Origin: Bugula neritina
Lineage: Eukaryota; Animalia; Bryozoa
DNA: 64,000 bases
Assembly (NCBI GenBank): GCA_964035545.1
Contig: OZ037766.1
Location: 27,759,673 to 27,823,672, forward strand
Direction: 5' to 3'
This document shows, in pieces, positions 40,159 to 51,800 of the stretch. Position 1 is the stretch's first letter. The number at the start of each line of letters is the position of its first letter. Both the position numbers and the translations under genes were made by a program. The notes below the pieces were generated by a model. That model was not told the origin of the DNA, ran no database searches, and saw only the letters and a list, made by a program, of their open reading frames with translations.

Positions 40159-41649
40159 TAGCAGTAGTTATTAAAGCATGCTGTTGTTAATACAAGATAC
40201 CTGGTTGCTTCATTTTCTTTGTGAAGGCTTTGTCAAATACTATTTAAGTTGTGCTGTTGAATCATAGCTAGAATAAAAATTTTGAACTATAATATTTTAT
40301 ATTCACTATTCCAACTCATCTTTGTAACAACAGCCTCTAACTGAGTCATTCTATGTAGTTTATTTCACACTATATCTCTAGTGATTAGCTATTTTTGCAG
40401 TTTATTTTTAGTAAATTTGGGTGTGCAGGCATGATGCCAAGTTAGAATAAAACATAGGGAATTAGACAAGATCAAAAAACTTGCTCAATCAGCTGTATTT
40501 GTTAATACTTTATCAGTTAACTTCAAGAAAATCTATGCATTGGTGACTAAGCTGTGGGAAGATTTGCAAACAACTAGAGATATGTAATGTGTAATAAATT
40601 ATGTAAAATGTTCCAATCACCTTGAGACACTTTAATCTAAGCTTGCAATTATAACAAATGAGATTTATTCATTAATTAATGATTAGGAATGTTTTCTGTA
40701 GCTTAAAACTATATAATTTATTTTTATAAACCTAGTAACAATAATTTCATAATGTGAAACATACAGCAAAAAAATTATAGGCATAATCTAATGTACTATG
40801 TATGGTATAGTGTACTCAAATAGTTAGAATACAAGTGTTTGTACTGTGTTAAAAGCACTAGAAAAAATGTTTAAAAAGTTTGACATTATGCTGTCAAAAC
40901 ACAATAACAAATATATATTAAAAAAATTTTAGTTTCCAGTAATGATTGCTTAAAACTTATCTAGAAGTGCCAGCTTTGCTTAAATCAATTTTTCTGGTGT
41001 TGTGTTGACCAAAGAAGGTTTACTTCCACTTCAATCATCTACCACGTATCAGTCCGCTGACAAGTACCATAGTGTTCCACCTGTTTGAAATGTAAAATGT
41101 TGCATACATCTAAATAGAGTTATTGTAGAGTTATTATATGTATGTAAATAAACACGATATGATTGCGGGCAAAGTACAAGTTTGTATGTGTGACGAATAT
41201 TTTATAGATACCGAGCTTAAAAGTTGACAAAGCCCTATTCACATGTGCCAGCCTTTCAAGTCAAGTTTTCTTGTGCTTCATTGACCTTTCTGAACAGGTA
41301 GTTGACAAAACCAAATTTGACTTCCACATGAGCGGCACTGCATGGTACTCATCCTGTAAAAAAAGTAAACGTTATAATAAAGTAATTGGTTAAAACTTGT
41401 TGTATAGATTTACCATATAAAATATATCAATGTACATGCATAGTATAAGCACATAATGATAAGTGTATAGGTACTGAAGGTAAAACATAAGTATGCGCAT
41501 GTTTGAAGTTTACAGATCAAACATTATTTATAAAACAATATAAAATTAAAGTAAAACATTTATATATACTTAGCTTAGATTAAGATCTGGTCAAAACCAT
41601 ATCTAGAAGTGCCAGTGACCAAACCAGGTTGACTTCCTGAAAGCCCAAT

Positions 41650-43746
41650 TCAGCCACTCAGCAACTTTGTCTTACTCTCCCTGTTTAAAATGTAAAATAC
41701 TATAAGGTGCTGTACATGTGAAGTGCTATAGCTGTGTGTGTACTATACATACACTATACCATGGCACATGATACACATACAATTCAGTACCAAGATTGAG
41801 CAAAATTTTTATGTGGATCACATGTAACATAAAATTACAAAAAAAAACATTAAATTTTAATAAATTACCAGTTGAAAACATTCACAGCATTACTTTCACC
41901 ATTCCAGGGTTGGCCATGGAGTGCCTACAACAAACAATATATTGTTAGGCATTTTTCTTTGTTAATGGTAGCATTAGAGATAGCAGTACAGAAATTTTTT
42001 GACTAAAGCAAAGAAAGCCTTATTATATTTTAGTACGTCTTGTATTAATACGATCAATTAAAACTGCAAACGTACATCATGTCTAAATCAGTGAGATAGT
42101 TACTAATACCATAGTATTTTGTTTGTTTTATTTGATTTATCATTTGAACTCTTGTGGTAGAAACTATTGGCTAATGTTAAGAAGAACTTACTGTATATTG
42201 TTTTCGTTTAAGTAGGTAATCACAGCACTGCGGACTTTCGCTACGCCTCCTTTGGAATGTTTCCCCCGGCCAGTTATCAAGTGAATGTACTTCTCTTTTT
42301 CTGGTACAATAGTGGAGGATTGCCATATTCATGAAAATCAGCAGTGATGCACTTATAGCATATATACTCAAATAGATAATAATGGTAAGTATTGCATATT
42401 TACATATAGAATTTCAACAGGATGTATTTAAACAAAATGTTCTAAACGATAGAAATAATGGCCAAAAAAGGTGGGCATGGGCACAGAAATTTGTAGCTCT
42501 ACTTCAAAAACTCACTTCGACGCTTGGCCAGGATGCTTTGCTCAGCAAAATGCACGGCCTCCTGGGGGTGAAGGCCGTGCAAGTCAATTTCCAGGCATTT
42601 CCTATTAGAGTTGTTTTTCTTAAAGATCTTTTCAGCTGCCTGGAAATTGGCTTCTTGTTCTTTTTTAAGATGATGCTGAGCCTGTAACAGAGATGTTTAC
42701 ACAATAAACAATTTGAAACCAACTCCAACGAATCATGTTGAATTCAACCAATCAGGGTCGTTGTGCAAGTGAACTATGTGACTGTGTGTTGCCAAAGAGA
42801 ACACAACTCTTTTGTGTAACATACTGAAGCAATTTATTGGAGAGGGGGAAGTGGGGGTTACCAAACACGGCATTAGCTGATCTACTTTACTTTTCCACCA
42901 GAAGATCTTCGTATCTAACTTAAATTGTTATTGGAATTAGGTGGCATTATTATAGTTAGGCCATATTGTTGTAATTTAAATTGGTGAGTGAGGAAACTTA
43001 ACTTTTTATCTGACAAAGACAATAATATCTTAGGACTTGGTGCATAATAAATTCTGCAAGATTCTCAACTTTATAAAGTAAATAACACAAATAAACATCA
43101 AGAGGTGTCATACTATTTGTTTGTAGCGGTGGCCATCATCATCATGCTTCCTGCTGAAAGCAATGCTGGCCCTTCTTTCATATTTTCTTCTCTCTTCTCG
43201 ATGAGTCACAGCCTCAGCTCTACGCTCTTCGTAGACAGCATTGCTTTCTTTTGCCAATCGCTGTTAAAACACAGAACACATGCTTGTACAAAGTAGCCAA
43301 AGTTCATATAATATTTTGGCGCAAAAGAAGACTGACAACTCCACCAGTGTACAGGCAACTTAGACTAAGCACTATGCAATAATGAGTTTAAATTGCCAAC
43401 AGCTTCTAATACAGTTTAACATTCGAATTGATATACAGTATAGGAATATTAATTTATATTGCATAGACCTGAAACATATAGTATTTAAAAGTGTGAGCAT
43501 TTATTTCTTAATGAGTCATTTTGATTGAAACTAGGTAGGACAACTCCTTATAATTCACCAACTTCAAGTGAGATTCCCAGGCAAAGTTGGAATGTCTTAG
43601 TGACACTATTTGAACTGCAGTAACTGAGAGCTGGAAACAACTAGAGCAGACAGGAGTGGATGTATAGAATTTACCTGGGGGAAACAGGAGTGGAAGTTGG
43701 TAAGTTGATTTTCAGATAGAACAACTTTGTTATATTTAGATGCCAT
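41650..43746 (-). CDS. Putative intact stand-alone DUF1771-Smr endonuclease ('mini-N4BP2'), ~175 aa
   Basis: Exons 43746-43675 (MASKYNKVVLSENQLTNFHSCFPQ), 43260-43114 (RLAKESNAVYEERRAEA...RASIAFSRKHDDDGHRYKQI), 42681-42516 (AQHHLKKEQEANFQAAEKIF...EIDLHGLHPQEAVHF...KRR), 42300-42192 (KKEKYIHLITGRGKHSKGGVAKVRSAVITYLNENNIQ) and 41680-41650 (ESKTKLLSG*). All junctions are GT-AG and in phase, with no stops. Alternative last exon 41080-41035. Expression unknown. Confidence 0.6.
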
Positions 43747-46700
43747 TTCACTTTTGTCTAAAATACATGGACATGGCATAAATATTAAACATTTAAATGC
43801 ATAGTATATTATGTAAATATATTATGTAAATATATCTGCATATCTATAATTTAGAATCAGCACAGCAATTTTGGTTAATTATTGGTGAACACACTTATAG
43901 TTATTTCAATGTATTTAGACAAATTGCAAATACAAAGGGTTAGAGGGCAAAGTAGCATCAATTCAACTTTTGGTCTTCACATTGGAGATGTCATCATAGA
44001 GCTTTTCTGTGAAGCTAGTTTATATAAGTATGAAGGAACAAGAATAATTATAATATATTCAACCTTTAGGGTTACGGGAATAAAAGTCTTGCTCATAGTG
44101 GTGGAGCTTTTTTTACAAATGCCGTGGGGGTGATAATAATTAAATTAGGAGAATAGTAAGTTTAAGGTTAAAAAAATATTTTCATTGTATTATAGGAATT
44201 GATTTACAGCAAACATTATATGTGATAGAGCAATTAAACATGGTGTTATTTTAATTAATAGAAACTTATTTAAACACTAGGAATAATTTTTTTAAATTGA
44301 AGTTTGTGCCTTTTCAATAAAAAATAATTAATTGTGTATACATAATATAAACTGTTTTCAAAAAAACACCATGAATCAATTTTATAAATTTCAGCTTTGT
44401 GGAGTGTCAATATGAGGTGCAAATTTAGAACACGTAAAACCATGAATGAATTCTAATTGCTGCCATGAATTCTAATTGCTGCCATTAATTTACTTCTGAT
44501 CAGTGTTAAGAAAAAATGTTATACTTTCTATTATGATTTAAAAAAAACATGCAACAAAAGTACGACCATTGTTAAAACAGAATTACTTTGTCACCTAACT
44601 GTTTAACACAACCAGATAGCAATTTTGGCGATGCTCCCTAGGACTGTGGAAAAATGGCAGACAGGGCTTCAAAGATTTACACTATAGTTCCAACTGAACA
44701 AGGATTCAGTAAAGTAATGAATATTAGAGACAACCAGCTCAAGTCTTTTTTACAAAAAAGTTGTTATAATTCTCATTTATCTGTATGCCATAGAGATGAT
44801 GAGCATGAACAGAATTTAACGGTTACCTGGTAAGTTGTTGAAGTGTCACTCTGAATTCTGAAATGCTAGCAAGGTTAAGATCAGGTTTAGTAGAACAGAG
44901 AAATAGTTTTGTAATCGCTTAGTTTCTGTTTTTCAAGTCGACAGCATAGACTGAACTGTTACCTAGAGGTCCGCTCTATTTATAGCTGCAAAACAGGTGT
45001 TCGATTTTGATTGGTTGAAATAGGTTAGCTACTTACCTGAAAACTAAATTAGATAAATAACAGCTTTTGATTGGTTGGAAATAATACTGAGTTAGCTACG
45101 TAGGTACTTCGAGAAACTGCTGCCCTGAAGGTATAGGCAAATTGAATTGTAACATTAAGTCAAAAATATATATTACGAGTATTATATAACATCATAAACC
45201 TGACAATATCAAAGATGAACATAAAGTAACAACTAGATAATCAATCAGCTACCAGTTAAAGCTTAACTAGAGAAATGTAATAAAAAATAAAAATTTCAAC
45301 GCCATATATAGGTGTATAACTGAAGCCATACATATGCATAATATGACTCATTGAAGTCATTCCTTTAACACTTTACCGAAGTCATATTCACCAAATGCCT
45401 AATTTTCTTAAAAATAATATAAAATTCTTTTTAGACTATTCTAAATTGCATTTATTTTATTTCTAAATTTAAAGTAGTCAAATATATTTAAATAATATTA
45501 TCATCTACAGATATATTTACTAGCAATTCATTTGGGGTTGTTCAACTGGGGGGTCATCTAACTGGAATGGTACTAATTTAATACAGCCAAATCCAAATAG
45601 TTGGAAAACTAAAATAATATTTAACACTTCACCCATGTATGCTGTGAATGGCTTATTCAAATTCTCAAAGATTATTTGAAGCATGCCACAGGAGTGGCTG
45701 TTATTTTGTATGGCTATAATTTATATTACTTTACTTAAGTTCAATATCAGTTAGAAACTTAGAATAAGGATGTTAGAATTTATTGCTGTCATTTTGAAAT
45801 ATATAATATGAAGTTGATATTTATAGATATTTATCTTTATTTTGATTTGTTTTTGAGTAACCTAAAAGCTACTAGTAGAGCAACTACTGATACGGAATCT
45901 GGGTTGTGCAGTAGGTGCAATAATAGCTCAGCTGTACAATTTTTTAACATAAAACACTTTCGGGTCCGATTGAAGTCTACCGGCTTAGTTAACAGCAGCA
46001 TTAAACAGAAAAGTTTCTTTACAAGCTAAAGGATTACACAACACCAGAAAGCTATCTAGATAGATTGCCCAAAGCTGCAATTAACTTTGCTAAGCTCGAG
46101 AGTATAGAAGAATAGATGCCTACTCAATCTTTGATGAACTTAATTATAGGTCGTGCTTGATTTTGATGTTGAATAAAACAAGCTGGAAAAGGGGAAAATT
46201 TGATTGTAGGCGGCACTTATAGCTTTACCGCGCAGCTTAAACTACCGTTCAAGCTAAAACGTAATACTTAGAGTAAATACGAGTAAGTTTGGTGCAGTTG
46301 TTTAAGCAGCTCATAAATATCTATAACATAAAATGATAGAAATTACGAAAAAGCCCTCCAAACTATAAGTTAAAAGTTTAAGTTAGGCACTAAATATCCA
46401 TGATGCAAATATCAATAATTTCTAACACCAGATTTGACATTAAAGTGAATATCAAAGACTGCCATTACAAGTAGCAACTTGATTTTTACTTGCTATGATT
46501 ATATTATTTATGAACAACACTTTCAGATACAAATATTTGTTATTCTTAGCAATTTTCAACAGACAATAGTTTTCATTGTAATGAATCAGCCTAATTCAGT
46601 ATCTATGGATTTATAATTCCTAATAATCATGACATTAATATTTACTATGTTTTTATTTATAAGCAATTGATAAAATTATACTTACTAATATTTGCTGCTT

Positions 46701-48853
46701 GCAGATAGCATGCATAAAGTACAACTGTAGCCGCCATCTTATCAGTTTGCCTAGACAGTTTAATCTTTATAGAATTCATTCCAGTCACCTTTATATGTTG
46801 ACTATTTTTATAAGTTCAATAGAAACACTAAAACTTCTACGAAAAGTTCATAACAAGAAGCTATAATATTTTGAAATTAGCTGTAACTTGGCTTTATTTG
46901 TCTTTTTTCTCAGTTAAAGGCTTTAAAGCTATGACTTGCTGTAAAAGCCTGCATTCAGTTGTAAAGGTGAACCAGGTAAAAAATATTGAAAGGCTAAACT
47001 GTACTCCAAGTTGTTTTAAAACAGAAAAATATATATTGAAAGTAAAAAAAGCTTTGCTAGGTTTTTCTAACAAATATTTTTCAAAAATACATTTAAAAAA
47101 CATTTAAAGTCCCCAGCAATACATTAGCTGATTACTGACAGATTTTACAGCAATCTAGTAAGCTGTATATATTAAACATCTGAGATAAACAGCAAAGTGG
47201 CAGTCTTTACATATCAAATCTACAAAGTTTTTTTAAGAGAGTTAAAAATATTTTTAATTTATTAGCCATGTGTGCAGTTACAGCCAAGTAGAAATTGCAA
47301 CGCAGTACCCTAAAGTACAACACAAATTAAATAGGATTACGTTGAGTGAAGGGTAATTATCTGTAATTTACTGATTTACCCTGTTAACACAGACCAGCAA
47401 TATGCCTAATTTCTCAGAGTTGTACAGCTGAGTTTTCTAAAAGGTATACAATATACAATACTGCAGCTAGCTCAATTACATCAGATCTGTCAAAGACAGC
47501 GGAAAAATCCAAAAGTTTCTGAAGCACAAAGTTACCAAATATAATAAGGCTGCTTGATATTTGTCTGGATAGTATCTAATTTTTGCGTTAAATTTCGTGC
47601 AGCTATACAATTTTTCTTAACATTTTTATAGTTGTAATTTTTGCAACAACCCACTTATGCGTAAGAACTTTTATAAAACACTCGGCCACAAACCAATTGC
47701 AATCGTGTAGTTATCGTGACAGCTTCCAGTATATACTGAATGAAATTGCTTCTGTAGCTTAAATGTTTTAAAATTATGTACCTTTATATAATTATGCTAA
47801 GCATCTTATATAATCAAGTATCCTAGATTATAATGCATTCCAGTAATTAAAAGATAACCTTGCAAATGTTATTGCTACATGAGCAAGCAACAAAAAGCCA
47901 CATGACAATTTAGGAAAAGGCAATTTTATACAAAGCTTATGCCATAAACTCTTATAGCTTTGACATTTCATGAATTTGTTTTGCACCAATAATTTTTCTT
48001 TTTATTTTATGTTCACTTCAATTAAAGTCTATTTTCACAGTTCAATTTCAAAATTTAAAGTTGCAAATTTCAATTAGTGCGCTTGCAGCATAGACTGCTT
48101 GGTTAAGCTCACTTCATAATAATGAGAAAACAACTCCTATTGCATATACTTTATCAGGGTAACCCACAATTAATACCACAGGGTATGTTGCATCTTCAAC
48201 TTATACACGAAAGGTTTTCAAGTTCTAATTTGATGTTTGCTGAAAAGAGATCTGAAAGTGTCAGCATTTTAAACGGTTCTTAAAATAACACCTCCTTAAT
48301 CTCTATATATTCTGTTATATTAAAATAGAAATTTATGATTATGTATTTTTTATATTTGTTGTAATTATATATATAAAAATATTTTCAGAAAATCTAATAA
48401 TGCTTATTGATAATGCATTTGGTTTTTTGTGCATTTGACTTAAACTCTCTTATTAATTACTCAATTTTAAAGAACCCTATTATCTGCCCTTTTACCTAAT
48501 ATATGACACATGTATTGTTGTTGTTTCAGTCACATGTTATTGATAGCATGTCTAAGTGAAGATTCACATAATATCTATTTTTAGCAGTATGCAGTGGCTC
48601 ACGAACAATAAAAGATATTTAGAATTTTAATGCCAAATCTAATATCTAATATGAACTTGTTTAGCAAGGGAAGTCTGCCAATGTTGAATATTATTTATTA
48701 GTTGCTTTTAGTATTTGATGTTCAAAAAATATCAAAAAAACATAAATTAAAAAATTAGGCCACTTGTGATGTTAAAAATAACAATTTGCATATTTAAATA
48801 TATCAATGATTCACTACTATAGAAAAATTAAACATTATATAAAAAATATTTTC

Positions 48854-51800
48854 TTATCTTTGCAGCTTTTTAAGGTGTTCATTCATTTTCTTAGCACGTG
48901 CCAAAAAGTGGTCAGCTTGCTTTTTATTGTTTTGAATCAGATGAATGTTACCAATATCTTCCAAATTGTCAGCAATTTCTTCATGGGCTCCTGGCCCATA
49001 GATCTCTCTTCTGATACACAAGGCTTGGAATAAGTAGTCAACACACTTTGGATATTCGTGCAGCTTTCTGTGAATTGAAGCCATGCTGTCGCAGAACACT
49101 AGGGTGTTGTGATGGTTGTCACCAAGTCGTTTGTTCATCTCAAATGACGTCTGGTAGTGATCAATAGCTTCGTAGTACTTGGTTTGAATTTCGCAGACTT
49201 CACCAATGCCGTGAAAGCAATTGGCAATATAAGGATGATCTACATAAAACTTAGTCAATACTTCTATTGCTGCGTAGAAGAGATCCACCGCTTTCTGGAA
49301 GTTTTGCTGCGCTGTGCTGACTTTACCCAACAAGTACTTGACCAAACCATAATCAGGATGACTTCCATAATTTACTTCTATTACCTGCAAGGCATCATTC
49401 AGCCATTCGGCAGCACTGTCATACTCCTCCTGCTTGTAATGCATCACTCCTAAACCCATGTAACAGTTGGAAATGTCTAGCCAGCCTTTGACACTTGAAT
49501 CTGATTTTAGGCCATCCTCGTAGTAGGTCTTAAGTTGCTTCAAACTTTCAGTAAAAAATTCTTTTGCTTGGTCAAAGTCTTCACTAGCTGCAAGGGCTAT
49601 TCCGATGCTATAGTTTGATCTGGCCAAGTCAGGGTGGTTGGGACTTTTCTCGTGTATGATTCTGTACATTGTCAAAGCATTAATATGATGCATTCTCGAA
49701 TCATTTGCTGCACCCAGTCGTTCCAAAGCATTTCCTAAATAATAGTTAGATTTTGCAATATCAGCACACACTGCTTCATCTCCGTACACTTGTTTTTTAA
49801 TGTTCATTGACTTGCTGTAATGCTCAAAAGCTTCCTTATACAACCCCAGGCGATTCTGTGTTGTGCCGATGTTATCATAGATCTTGGCAATACTAATGTT
49901 TGCAGTTTCATCAGAGCAGTTCAGCTTCTTCTGTTTTAGTGATTCTATGTGTAACTTCAAGGCTTCTGTGTAGTTGCATTGTGTAAATTTTATTAGCCCG
50001 ATGTTCTCAAATATACAGCTTAGTTGCGGGTGAGTTTTAGACAGCTCCAGATACAGCTCCGATGCTTTATAATAATATTTCAATACCGCTGTCTCATCAG
50101 TTCCCTCTACACTGTGTCCAATGACCGCAATGTGATAGTAAGTACTAGCTAAAAGAGAGCTCTTGGAACCTACTTCTAGAAACTTCTTCAGCATCATCAG
50201 AGCTTTTGTCAATCTGTTATATGCTTCACCAAACTTGCCAAGTTTTATGAGCATGCAACCAACATTGTACAGCAGATTAGCAATTTCTAAATTTTCTGCA
50301 TCCTCACCATACGCATCTTCTCTAACTTTCAAAGCTAATTTGTAACTGTCTAAAGCTTGGTTGGTAGAGTGAAGCTCATTGTACACATTTCCTATAAGTT
50401 CATGCAACTTTGCCGCTGCCAAACTTCTCTCGTTACCTGTTACTTCAATTTGAATTTTTAAACTTTCTCTGTACTCTTCAATAGCTTCAGTGTATTTTCT
50501 CTTTTCAAAATTTAGAATGCCTTTAGAAAGATAACTATCAGCTACATCTAGGTGACTACATTGGTTAGGGGCCAGCTCTTTTCTTGTGCTACAAGCTTGT
50601 AGGATGTATTTTTCAGCTGTTTGTATGTCTCCATTGCACATGTACACCTGACCAAGGAGATCATAACATGATGCCGTCTCATGATGGGAACCTTGACCTT
50701 CTGTAAAATATATGTCTTTGTACATAGCCAAGGCTTTCGCCAGGTATTCTGTGGCCTGCATATGCTCACCTCGCTTTAGTGATACTAAGGCTATCATTTT
50801 AAATGCCAGTGCTAAATCTGGGTGACTCTTCATGTGTTCACCAGCACTATTTAAATACTTTAATGCTTCCATGCAGCTCACCATTGCAGCTCCTGTTTTT
50901 CCAAGCTCTACTTTGCAGAAAGCAACTTTTAGAAGACTTTTTCCTATTTCTCTATGAGAACCATTGTATGCTTTTTTGTATGCTTTAAAAGCTTTTGTGT
51001 GATACTCAGCAGCTTTAAGAAATTTACCTTGACTTTGGTATACAGACCCCATACTGGTGAATGACTTTGCGTAGTTTGGATGGTTACTCATACCCAGACT
51101 CTTATTGGTGTAAATATTCTGTGCTTGCTGACAATAATCTAGTGCTGTCTCATACTCTCCTTTGGCAGAGACACATTCTGACAGTTCTAGCAGTGTCTCA
51201 GCGATGGCGGAATGGTTTGGAAATCTATGAAATACCTTGTCTTTAAGTATTACTAAACATTTTCTAAGGCTCTCATAAGCTTGGCTAAAGTTGGACATCT
51301 TCATATGAGTTGTTGCTAGATTACGATAACTTGTGGCAATACTGAACTGGACACCTTCACCATAAACCGTTTCTCTTGTGCTCAGTGATTCAGAATAGAG
51401 TGCTAAGGCTTTTGAGTACATACATTGTTGGTAATACGTTGATGCTTTGGCGTCAAGCCCATCTGCTACATCAGGATGTACCCCATTTATGTCTTCTGTA
51501 CTAAATATAATATTTCTCAAATCGGATGCCTTTTTATGATATTCGTGTGCAAGATGATACTGAGCCAAATTCTGATAAACTAGTGCTATTGAGTCTAACA
51601 CTCTGGCAATTTCGGGATGCTGGCCATTTTCTCCAAACGTTTCTTTTAGAATACCCCATGCGGTTTGGTATGATTTGAGAGCTACAGAATATTCTCCAAA
51701 GGCTTGCTTAATTTTACCAAAGGTGTCATAAGTATATACTTTGTTGTAAATTATGTTGTCTTCTCCAAATATTTCCACGTCTTTACTGAGAGCATCTTTT

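Noticed and set aside
16250-43790. Smr exons as alternative 3' ends or a mutually exclusive exon cluster of N4BP2
   Set aside because: They lie upstream of the N4BP2 start codon on the same strand, so they cannot be cis-spliced onto its C-terminus.
49157-51246. Short plus-strand ORFs within the TPR gene
   Set aside because: Antisense shadows of a long coding exon with no recognisable motifs.
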